Below, piece by piece: positions 1 to 13,511 of a DNA stretch of 64,000 nucleotides. Within the stretch, counting starts at the first letter, position 1; each line of letters begins with the position of its first letter. Source of the DNA: the human T2T-CHM13v2.0 reference genome, Homo sapiens; the NCBI RefSeq assembly GCF_009914755.1, contig NC_060930.1; one strand, 5' to 3'. The notes below the pieces were generated by a model that made no database searches, was not told the origin of the DNA, and worked only from the letters and a program-made list of their open reading frames with translations. Both the position numbers and the translations under genes were made by a program.

Positions 1-135
1 CATGGGCAGGGATTGGATGGTGCACAGTCCATACCTCTGTTAAATATTTTGACTATTACCACTGCTCTCAGTTTTAAAGATGTATGATTCTTTGTTGACG
101 TCTTCCATTTGTGGATTCATAAGGCTGTGTAATAG

Positions 136-519
<384 letters not shown>

Positions 520-1342
520 TGAATGAAAGGGTATACGGCCAATACTGGATTTCAGCACAGCCTAGAATAGTCTGTCACTTCTAATCCATGCACTTAAAGT
601 TTATCTAGGCTGCAAAGCTTTAGGTACACTTGATTCAGGTGCCCTGACATCATATTTCTTTGGAGTTTCTGAATGTAGCTTATTAATAAATGTCTCTACA
701 TCGTTTATCCTTGTCCTCTTTACCCTTATATTCTTAGGTTTTCCAAGGGTTCTGAAGGAACATATTTCATTTTTCTACCTTTCTTATGATACATGTACAA
801 CAGTGTCTTACACTCGTGAGTGCTCCGTGACCCATTCAATGTCTAATTAATGTCTGTATTTTCTGCGTCATGTTCATTTCCGTTTATCACATATACTTGA
901 GAATTTATTGTAAAAATGCTTTTTCTTGCACATCTCCAAGCTTCTCTAATGTTCTTGTGACATTATCTTAAAGTTGTTACTAAGGGATTGTTTTAGAGGC
1001 TGAATTCTAAGTAAACCGAACATGAGGGCACATTGACTTTTATTCCCAGCATTGTTAAGCAAGAAAGGAATAAAGTGATTCTAAAAGTTGTTTCTGAAAT
1101 ATAAGCTTGTTTTTGAAGGTAACACAGTTTTTAAACAAGTATGTTAAGTTTGTTTCATAATAGTGCATTGGAGTTAAATGAACCATGTAATTTCTGCTTG
1201 TGGATGTTAAGTTAGAACACAAACATTGAGGAAAGCTTGACAGGCTTAATCTTTCAAAGAAGAAAAGAAGAATATCCTTTAGTAGGTAGTGCAGTGCCTT
1301 AGAGAGGTTTTAACAATAGTGTGTTAAATGCACACAGCAGAA

Positions 1343-1561
<219 letters not shown>

Positions 1562-1598
1562 TAATGTAATATTTTTATTATTTAAAAAACTGCTTCTA

Positions 1599-1750
1599 GG
1601 CTGGGCACAGTGGCTCATGCCTGTAATCCCAGCACTTTGAGAGGCTGAGGTGGGCTGATCGCTTGAGCTCAAGAGTTTGAGATCAGTCTGGGCAACATGG
1701 TAAAACTCCTTCTCTATAAAAACAATTTTAAAAATATAAAAAAAATAAAA
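1599..1750 (+). mobile_element. Alu left monomer (FLAM/AluJ-like)
   Basis: ggctgggcacagtggctcatgcctgtaatccc... followed by an A-rich tail. Confidence 0.85.
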
Positions 1751-1769
1751 AACTGCTTCAGTTTTTATA

Positions 1770-2800
1770 CTTAGGTTTCTCTATTCTTAATATTTTTCAT
1801 TTACTTTTCCTCTCATTCTTTTTTATTTTATTAATTTCTGATCTTATCTTTATATTTGCTTCCTCCTCATTTGTTTGAATTTATGCCATTATTTTTGTAG
1901 CTTTTTGAGTGAATGCTTAGCTCATTAATTTTCAGTTTTTCCTTTTTTAACATATATTCGTTTTTCAAATAAATATGTATGTATATATTTTAATGCTATA
2001 TCTTCTAGATATTGCTTTATCTGCTTACCTTTAATTTTGTTATATAGTATTATTATTTTTGTTCAATTCTGTTTTACAAATTTAATTATGATTTCTACTT
2101 GGACCATGAATAATTTAAAAGTGAGATTATGGATTTTCAGAAGTATAGGATTTTTTGGTTTGCTTCCTTAAGTGGTGATTTTGCCATCCCTGAAGGAGTC
2201 CCATCTATTTGAGATCAATTTTTATATTAATCCTCAGTTTGTGATTATTACATTACAAAGATACTATATATTCAGACCCCATATACATATATATATAGAT
2301 TTGGGGTCTAAATCACTCTTTGGCATTTTAATTTTTGTTGGAGAATTTCTTCTCTACCCTGAGCTCTAGGCAAATGACAAGCCCTAGGCAAATGACAAGC
2401 CCTAGGCAAATGATAACACTTAGCTGAGGCATTGGTCATGTTTCCGCTTCCATTTTCATGGAGGAGATAACCCATCCCTGGATCCAACCGTATGAAAGGG
2501 TCTTATTTCCAGCTCTCTGCCTTTCATGATCCCAGGGCTATGTCTCTGATCCCTTCATAGGCATTGAAGTCCTAGTCCCTAGATATAAGAGCTTATTTCT
2601 GGATCTGCTATTTTACTAGGATGCCTAAGTGCCAGCTTGTATACTCATTGCTTAGCTTTGAGTATTTTATTTCTTATGCCAGGGTAATTTTTTTTCCTTT
2701 GAACTTAGCTATGAATTTTAATTTATTATGTTTTATTTCACATTTCTTGTGTTTATAGTGAAACAGTATCAACCACTGATTAGTCTCCCAGCATCCTTTC
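1770..2800 (-). mobile_element. Ancient L1 (L1M/L1ME-like) fragments
   Basis: Very T-rich, degenerate antisense-L1 texture; no diagnostic motif verified. Confidence 0.4.
2366..2419. repeat. 18-bp tandem repeat, 3 copies (ctaggcaaatgacaagcc)
   Basis: Units at 2366-2383 and 2384-2401 identical; 2402-2419 diverged. Confidence 0.95.
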
Positions 2801-3193
2801 CAAATAGAATTTTGACTACTGTTTCAGTGTAAACACTGAATGAACTTATAAATTCAGTGGAAAGCAAATTCTTTCATAAACATCATGAATTACAGTATTA
2901 TCATCTATATGTATGACTTCACCAACCTCTAGCAAAGGAGAATTCTACAACTTTTGCTGGAATATGTAATTTCATTTCCAGCATTTCAAGGACTCATTTA
3001 TTCTTTCTGACAAACTTAGCACCAGAGATAGAAAAACCAGCACGTAAAATCTCTGGCATACCACTCTTAGCATGGAGTAAGAGGAGAGGTCAAGTTTCAT
3101 GGTTTTGCTTCTTGACCACATGTACAGACTGTGGACTTTCTGAGGACCTGTTCTACCAGAAAAACAAGACCTCAGGGCAACACCTGCTATTGA

Positions 3194-3481
<288 letters not shown>

Positions 3482-3619
3482 AATACATGGATGTTTTTGA
3501 TTGATTACGTCATGGTATGTAGAGACATCTAAACTAAAGTTGCTGTGACAATTACATGAAGTCATAGTATTAAGAGCTATATTTTTCCAAGTGTCTTTTA
3601 CCAATTCTTTTTTCTTTCC

Positions 3620-3895
3620 CCAAGCTTTACTAACGTGTAATTGGCAAATAAAAAGCATATATGCTTAAGATACACAACATGGTGTTTTGATACAAGTATA
3701 TATTGTGAAATGATTACCGCAATCAAACATATTTATCACCTCACATAGTTATCTTTTTTGGTGTGTGGTAAGAACATCTAAGATCTGTCTTAGCAAACTT
3801 CAAGTATGCAGTATAGTATTGTTAATTATAGTCACCATGCTTATTATAATGAATTAGATCTCTAGAACTTATTCATCCTGCATAACTGAAACCAT
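3620..3895 (-). mobile_element. L1MA-type 3' UTR fragment
   Basis: tcacctcacatagtta...aagatct..tcttagcaaa..tcaagtat...agatctctagaacttattcatcct, typical of antisense L1MA 3' ends. Confidence 0.7.
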
Positions 3896-4734
3896 TTTAT
3901 TTTTAATATGTGTGTGACTATAGACTCAAAGAGAACTTGGAATCATTGTTTTAGAAATTGCATCAAATAAGACAAACATGAAGTAAGAGGTTAGGAGCTT
4001 TATGGGTTGGGCACTTTTAAGGAGCTTGGTTCAGTTCAGTGCTTCAGCATAATCTTTCTATAATCCTCAGCTTTAGCTCCTCATCTCTGATAAAGGGCAG
4101 GGTGTGACCAAGGAACACAGAGTTCAGTAGTCAGCACATTATTCCCAGACTGAAATGGTTTAGGGTCAGTGGAAGGCTACTGCCTCTGTGAAACCAGCGG
4201 GGCATATCACCACTAACTCCATGACTACTGAGTGACAATCTCTGCATTTGGAATGTTTCTAACAAGGATTAACATAGAGATATGTTAGTTAGAGATAAAC
4301 TGTAATGGTCACCTATTCCCTGTACGCTTCCAGGAAATCCTATATTTTTACCTTTTGCTGGCATAATTGTGGGAATTTGAGCTGCAGTATCTCAGTGTCA
4401 ATGGAAACTATGGATATTGACTATCTCTGTATCAAATTTATATGGCCCCACCTTCTTTAGCCCTCAGTGTCATCAAGGGAGGTACTCATCTTATAGTTTA
4501 TCAATAAGTACCAAAATACATTAAGTACCAAAATATGACACAATAAGTACCTAAATCGCTCTCACTGAGCTATTACACACAATTGCTTTCATTTTTTTCT
4601 CCAGGAAGTTTTGAAGTGCAATATATAGATTGAATCCTTGCCCATCTTCTCTGCTTTTAAAGGTTCTCAGATCTACCAGACATGGGCATACTAAATGGAG
4701 AGAACAAAATAACAATTTCAAAATCCAGCAAACC

Positions 4735-4975
4735 GGCCAGGTACGTTGGCTCACGCCTGTAATCCCAGCACATTAGGAGTCCAAGGTGGGAGGATGGCTT
4801 GAGCTCATGAGTTCAAGATCAACCTGGGCAACATGGCAAGGAGGCTGAGATGGGAAGATCGCTTCAGCCTGGGAGGCAGAGGTTGCAGTGGGCTGAGATC
4901 GTGCTACTGTACTCCAGCCTGGATGACAGAGCCAGACCTTGTCTCAAAAAATAAATAAATAAATAAATAAGTAAT
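4735..4975 (+). mobile_element. AluJ with internal deletion of the A-rich linker
   Basis: Left arm joins right arm near 4838; (taaa)n tail; TSD aaaatcca(gc/at)aaacc at 4720-4734 and 4976-4990. Confidence 0.9.
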
Positions 4976-6149
4976 AAAATCCAATAAACCAACAACCGGT
5001 GAACCAGAAGCCAATTCAGTAATTGGTAGCAAAAATCTATTCTATAAAATATACAGGAAGTACATTCTTTTGAACTAGAAGGTCCCCCAAGTATTCAAAC
5101 ACTTCTGTTAGGAGGCCTTTTTTCTGACCTCTACGCTGTCTTGAACTCTTATTCATTCATTTCCTTCTCCAGCTTCTCAGTGCTGGAATGTTATCTTTTC
5201 AATGTGATCTTTTCTATGAAATCTTTTTCGTTTGCTCCAATCAAAATCAACCCCCTTCTTCTCTTTTTCATATCTTCTTAGTCCCTCTGTCACAACTCCC
5301 ACAATGCTTTCCTTCATGTTTGTTTATAGGCCTGTTTCTCTCCACCAAAGCCTAAGTTCCTTAAAGACAAGTGCCATCCTTTTATCCCTGATGCCTCACA
5401 TGACATGTGACACATAGTATGTTTCCCATAAAGATTTGTCGAGTAAATAAATGAAGGCTGGGAAGTAGTCCTCTGGCGAAATATGCCTTAAGTGCTTTTT
5501 AACCAACATGCTATTAAGAACTACAGTTTACCTTTCCATTAAACCTTCTCAGTGAGGAAGTTTGCCCAGAGAGCCAGTTTATTTTGCATAGTAGAAGGTA
5601 ACAAATATATACCAGTACTTGAAAATTCCAATTTAATTTCAGCCATTGAAGAAGCCTGATGAATCCCACTTCCTGTCAAAACCGCTTCACCTCAGAAAAA
5701 CCTTTTGGTCAGCCCTTTGTTAATTTTGTATGCAGAAAATCCTGACATAAGCCACTAAATCCAACAGTATAGTCAGTTTTTTCAAATTGCATAAAATAAA
5801 TTTCAACTTTCCACCCTTTAATCATATAAGTTATCATTTATCTCATGCTTTAGTTTGCCCTTCTAACTTTCTACAGCAAAAAGATAACTCACTACTTTAT
5901 AACTTATTTGATGCCCTTGTTATATCCCAATCATTAAATGTCAATAACTTAGTTCACATCTCTGTTAGTGTTGAACTTGCCAAGAATATCCATTTGAACA
6001 ACTTTCTGGATGCGTGACATAGGTATGTTAAAAACGTTAAAGGCCATATGGACCTAGTGAAGGAAACTTGCAGTATTCTCTTATGGCTTAGTAAGAACTT
6101 TTCTGTGTGGTAACTTCAGTCTGGGTTTTCCGATCGGTCCTTTTTTTTA

Positions 6150-6790
6150 GTTTTTCTTTCTTTTTTTTTTTTTTCTTGAGACAGGGTCTCACTCTGTTAC
6201 CTAGCCTGGAGTGCAGTGGTGTGAACACAGCTTACTGTAGCCTCAAACTCCTGGGCTCAAGGCATCCTGCCACCTCAGCCTCCCGAGTAGATGGGACCGT
6301 AGGCATGCACCGCCATGCCCAGCTAATTCTTTTACCTTTTGTAGAGAAAATATCTCCGGCCGGGTGCGGTGGCTCACACCTGTAATCCCAGCACTTTGGG
6401 AAGCCAAGGCAGGCAGATCACCTGAGGTCAGGAGTTTGAGACCAGCCTGACCAACATGGTGAAACCCCGTCTATACTAAAAATATAAAAATTAGCCAGGC
6501 GTGGTGGCACATACCTGAAGCCCAGCTACTCGGGAGGCTGAGGTGGGAGAATCGCTTGAACCCAAGAGGCAGAGTTTGCAGTGAGCTAGCTGAGTTCGTG
6601 GCACTGCACTCCAGCCTGGGTGACAAGAGTGAGACTCCATCTCAAAAAAAAAAAAAAAAAAAAAAGAGAGAGAGAGAAAAGGTCTCCCCATGTTGCTCAG
6701 GCTGGTCTCAAACTTCTGGGCTCGAGTAATGCTCCCACCTTGGCCTTCCAAAGTATTGAGATGACAGGCATGAGCCACCATGCCCCACCC
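6150..6790 (-). mobile_element. AluJ split by a nested AluS
   Basis: Antisense right arm 6150-6357; left arm resumes at about 6673-6790. Confidence 0.9.
6358..6672 (+). mobile_element. AluS (Sx/Sq-like) inserted inside the AluJ
   Basis: Full dimer with A tail; TSD agagaaaa(ta/gg)tctcc at 6343-6357 and 6673-6687. Confidence 0.93.
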
Positions 6791-7109
6791 AGATCTGCCC
6801 TTTAAGATGCAATATTAATTAAATATGTTCACTTGCACATATAACGATAGACATTGTCAAATCTTACTTGAGACAATGCCCTTTTTTCTTTATCTTTAAT
6901 ATTAGTGTAATTGTGCTTATGTTTTCTTCATCTTTTCTTTTACTTTATTGGATCTTAGCAATGGATGAAGAAAATATTTCAGAAGGATAGGAATAGAAAC
7001 AAACAACAGAAGCCTGGTCAGAGACTAGGCAGAAAATTTGTAAGTGTTATGGAAAGATTTGCCTTGGTGTTGGAGGAAACTGAATGACTTAACAGCCTTT
7101 TAAAGGGAG

Positions 7110-7460
7110 ACTCTATAAATATTCAGTAAATCTTCATAGTATACAGAATAAACCCTAGTAAGTATCAGGCACTATACCAGAAGTAAGAAAAAATGAATAT
7201 GATACAATTCCTGCCTACTTGGACCTCATAATATAGTGAGATAGACAGACACTATTTATAATGCCAGAAGAAAATTACAGCACCTACAGTGTCAATGGGG
7301 ACAGAGAGGAGGGTGATCAGTTCTTTAAAGGAAAGTCAGAGGTTTCACAAAAGACACATGTGAACTAAGTCGCAAAGTAGGTGCAAGATCGTAGAGAAGG
7401 GTAAGAGGAAGAGCATTTCAAGCAAAGAAAGCAATGTGACCAGAGCAATGAAAGTGCACG
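7110..7460 (-). mobile_element. L2 3' fragment
   Basis: caggcactatacc...cctgcc...ctcata atatagtgag..agacagacac, typical of antisense L2. Confidence 0.6.
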
Positions 7461-7900
7461 GGCTTTGGGGAGCCGTCTTTCTTGCCAGCTAGTTGAGATA
7501 CTGTCAGTGGCCTAGTGTGCTATGCTCTGATGAGACAGTGTCCAGCAGACACTATATTTCCTCCTGCAAGCTCCTACATCATCCAATGGCTTTTGGGTCA
7601 TAATTGAATTTTCACATAAAAGGAAGTGCAAAAGGAAGATTGTCATTCTTCTTGATACTAAATCTAAAATTATGAAGATCCTCTTACCCGTTTTCAACCT
7701 ACAGAGCAAATAATAGAGTTGGATTCATTTTTTAATGAGTGACTCTTAAGTAAGGACTGGTGAATGCTTTGGACTTTACTTATATTTTGTACGGATTATC
7801 TACTACAGAGAGGGTATAACCTTCATTCAGATTCTGAGAATTTCTCGTCATATTTTCTATTATTAGTGATATCTTTATTTTCTTGTTTGCTGAATGATTC

Positions 7901-9209
<1,309 letters not shown>

Positions 9210-9559
9210 TGATTCTTTAAGAGTCACTCCGGATCATTCAGAGAATGGTGGAGACATGTCAGGAAGGGTGACCCTGAGGAAATGACCACCGAGCCCTTGA
9301 TCTATGGCCTGAAGGAATGATAATTAGCTCAACAGTGTGCAGGATGAGTGAGGGGAGGGTGGGGGAAGAATGCAGCCATGTGATGAGCACAACCTCCGAT
9401 GGCATGGCACATGCTGGATTTAAGGACTGAAATGTAAGCTCTGTGAGGGCAGGAAACTGGTCTGTTTTGTTCTCAGGACCGTCTCATGTATCTAGAACAT
9501 TAACGCACAGCAGCTTCTTAATGAAAAGATGTTTGTTGAGGAGGAATTTAAAAGGTTTT

Positions 9560-9858
9560 GGCTGGGTGCAGTGGCTCACACCTGTAATCACGCCTTGGGA
9601 GGCTAAGACGGGGGAGGATTGCTTGAGGCCAGAAGTTTGAGACTAGCCTGGGCAACAAAGCCAGACGCCTTCTCTTAAAAACAAACAAACAAACAAACTG
9701 GGCACAGCAGCATGTGCCTGTAGTCCCAGCTACTCAGGAGGCTGAGGTGGGAGGATTACTTGAGCCCAAGGCTACAGTGAGCTATGATGGTTCCACTGCA
9801 CTCCAGTCTGGCTGACAGAGCAAGACCCAGTCTCAGTAAAAATAAATAAACAAATAAA
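9560..9858 (+). mobile_element. AluJ
   Basis: Dimer with (aaac)n linker; TSD aaaaggtt. Confidence 0.9.
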
Positions 9859-12418
9859 AGGTTCACTTGTGACTGGGACACAGAGAGCAAGGGGCTGCGT
9901 GGAATAACATGATTCCGCGTTGTGGGATCATGGGTTGTGCAAGGCCCTGTAGTTCACATTAAAGGTAGTGAGCTTTGTCCTCTCATTGGGTCACCATTAA
10001 AGGATTCTAAGCAAGGGAATGGCAATTGGATTTGTTCTACAGTGCGGAGCACCACTTTCTACCTTTTTAATTGTAACCAACAGTAAGAAACACATTTTAT
10101 AGTGTAACCTAGTAAAACACACATATACACACACGCACTTGAAATACTTTTTTATGAACAATGGGTAGCCTTACTAAGCGTGATGTGCTCCATTATTTTC
10201 TGTCCTATTTGATATTTGTAAAAAGTAGTGGTCAAAATCAGTATGACTCATGAGTCATAAGTATGGTGTGAAAAACACTCCTATGAGGAATGGATACCCT
10301 AATGATGAAGGTTATGTGCCTAAAATAATTAAAAATAGCAACTTGAGGTGATCTAAGAAAGGTCAAAACATGGTAGCTTAAAAACAATGTGCAAAACAGA
10401 AATCTAGAGAGATGCTAGGAATTTGAGAAGGGGAACTCATGAGAGAATGTGAAGTGTAGAAAGGATGTTAGGCATTCTAGAATTCAGCTGAAAAGTATCA
10501 AAGTTAAGTAAACTTGCTCAGAGGACATGGGAGTCCTATCAGAAGAGGGCTCTGCCCAGATTTCTCACACATCTGTGATCTTTCCTAGGTTCCTTTCAGC
10601 CTCTGCTGTTGGTGCTTTTCACAGCAAGCTATGGAGCACACTGGCTTGGTGGTGTTATGACCATCTTATAAATCTGGAAAGTGAAGTTGGGAGGTGACTT
10701 GCTGCGAGGTTAGATGCCTAGGAAGAGGACAGACCAGGACTGGCTTCCAGGCTTCCTCATCACTGGTCTGGCAATCTTCCCATTGTACTACACTGTTTCA
10801 TACATGTGCATGAAAAATTAATTAGGATTATAAAATGACAACACAGCATTTCAGCATGTAAACATTTCTGTGCTGGAATTCTAAGAGTTCTGCTGCTAAT
10901 ATCATTTAATTGATTTGGTATTAAAATTAAAATTGAGGTGTATGAATTTCTTCAGGAATCTAGTAACATAATATTTCATCTGTTTCATAAAAAGAAATAT
11001 TCTATCTGAACATCCAAATCTCAGTCACATAATATCTTCACTGATATCTTGGCTGAAAGAGTGGGAGAGTAAGAATTAGAAATGTGGGGGGCTGGCAAGA
11101 TGCCCAAATAGGAACAGCTCCGGTCTGCAGCTCTCAGTGAGATCAACACAGAAGGTGGGTGATTTCTGCATTTCCAACTGAGGTACCTGGCTTATCTCAC
11201 TGGGACTGATTAGAGAGTGGGTGCGGCCCACCGAGGGTGAGCAGAAGCAGTGTGGGGCATCACCTCACCCAGGAAGCGCAAGGGGTTGGGGAACGCCCTC
11301 CCCAACCCAAGGGAAGCTGTGAGGGACTGTGCTGTGAGGAACGGTGCACTCTGGCCCAGGTACTACACTTTTTCCACAGTCTTCGCAACCCACAGACCAG
11401 GAGATTCCTTCGTGTGCCTACACCACCAGGACCTTGGGTTTCAAGCACAAAACTGGGCAGCTGTTTGGGCAGACACCAAGCTAGCCGCAGTTTTTTTTTT
11501 TTCATACCCCAGTGGTGTCTGGAACGCCAGTAAGACAGAACTGTTCACTCCCCTGGAAAGGGGACTGAAACCAGGGAGCCAAGTGGTCTAGCTCAGCAGA
11601 TTCCACCCCCATGGAGCCCAGCAAGCTAAGAACCACTGGCTTGAAATTCTTGCTGCCAGCACAGCAGTCTGAAGTCAACCTGGGATGCTCAAGCTTGGTG
11701 GGGGTAGGGGCGTCCACCATTGCTGAGGCATGAGTAGGCAGTTTTCCCCTCACAGTGTAAACAAAGCTGCTGGGAAGTTCAAACTAGGCGGAGCCCACCG
11801 CAGCTCAGCAGAGCCACTGTAGCTGGACTGTCTCTCTAGATTCCTCCTCTCTGGGCAGGGCATCTCTGAAAGAAAGGCAGCAGCCCCAGTCAGGGGCTTA
11901 TAGATAAAACTCCCATCTCCCTGGGACAGAGCACTTGGGGGAAGGGGCGGCTGTGGGCGCAGCTTCAGCAGACTTAAACGTTCCTGCCTGCTGGCTCTGA
12001 AGAGAGCAGCAGATCTCCTATCACAGTGCTCAAGCTCTGCTAAGGGACAGACTGTCTCCTCAAGTGGGTCCCTGACCCCCGTGCCTCCTGACAGGGAGAC
12101 ACCTTCCCGCAGGGGTCAGCAGACACCTCATACAGGAGAGCTCTGGCTGGCATCTGGCGGGTGCCCCTCTGGGACAAAGCTTCCAGAAGAAGGAACAGGC
12201 AGCAATCTTTGCTGTTCTGCAGCCTCCACTGGTGATACCCAGGCAAACAGGGTCTGAAGTGGACCTCCAGCAAACGTGCAGCAGTAGGCCCTGACTGTTA
12301 GAAGGAAACTTAACAAACAGAAAGGAGTAGCATCAATGTCATCAAAAAGGATGTCCACACAAAAACCCCATCCAAAGGTCACCAACATCAAAGAGCAAAG
12401 GTAGGTAAATCCACAAAG

Positions 12419-13449
12419 ATGAGGAAAAATCAGTGCAAAAAGGCTGAAAATTCCAAAAACCAGGACAGCTCTTCTCCTCCAAAGGATCACAACTCTTCGC
12501 CAGCAAGGGAACAAAACTGGATGGAGAATGAGTTTGACGAATTGACAGAAGTAGGCTTCAGAAGGCAGGTAATAACAAACTCCTCTGAGCTAAAGGAGCA
12601 TGTTCTAACCCAATGCAAGGAAGCTAAGAACCTTGAAAAAAGGTTAGAGGAATTGTTAACTAGAATAACCAGTTAAGAGAAGAACATAAATGACCTGATG
12701 GAGCTGAAAAACACACACGAGAACTTCGTGAAGCATACACAAGTATAAATAGCCGAATCGATCAAGTGGAAGAAAGGATATCAGAGATTGAAGATCGACT
12801 TAATGAAATAAAGTGTGAAGACAAGATTAGAGGGAAAAAAAATGAAAAGAAATGAACAAAGCCTACAAGAAGTATGGGCCTATGTGAAAAGACCATATGT
12901 ACATTTGATTGGTATACCTGAAAGTGATGAGGAGAATGGAACCAAGTTGGAAAACACTAAAACACTCTTCAGGATATTATCCAGGAGAACTTCCCCAACC
13001 TAGCAAGGCAGGCCAACATTCAAATTCAGGAAATACAGAGAACACCACAAAGATACTCCTCAAGAACAGCAACCCCAAGACACATAATCATCAGATTCAC
13101 CAAGGTTGAAATGAAGGAAAAAATGTTAAGGGCAGCCAGAGAGAAAGGTCGGGTTACCGACAAAGGGAAGCCCATCAGACTAACAGTGGATCTCTCTGCA
13201 GAAACCCTATAAGCCAGAGGACAGTGGAGGCCAATATTCAACATTCTTGAAGAAAAGAATTTTCAACCCAGAATTTCATATCCAGCCAAACTAAGCTTCA
13301 TAAGTGAATGAGAAATAAAATCCTTTGCAGACAAGCAAATGCCGAGATATTTTATCACCACCAGGCCTGCCTTATAAGAGCTGAAGGAAGCACTAAATAT
13401 GGAAAAGAACAACCAGTACCAGCCACTGCAAAAACATACCAAATTGTAA
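12419..13449 (+). pseudogene. L1 ORF1p remnant with frameshifts and stops
   Basis: MRKNQCKKAENSKNQ...ENEFDELTEVGFRR start; frame broken after about 85 aa. Confidence 0.9.
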
Positions 13450-13511
13450 AGACTATTGGCACTATGAAGAAACTGCATCAACTAACAGCAAAATAACCAG
13501 CTAGCATTGTA

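Noticed and set aside
2366-2419. Direct repeats as a CRISPR-like array
   Set aside because: No spacers; eukaryotic head-to-tail tandem repeat
4503-4556. Three imperfect taagtacc(a/t)aaat copies; also agagataggta twice at ~57078-57125
   Set aside because: Short local slippage duplications with no further structure
12128-12514. Antisense ORF at the L1 5'UTR/ORF1 boundary (ORF0?)
   Set aside because: ORF0 lies much nearer the 5' end of the UTR; this is a chance antisense frame with a non-ATG start
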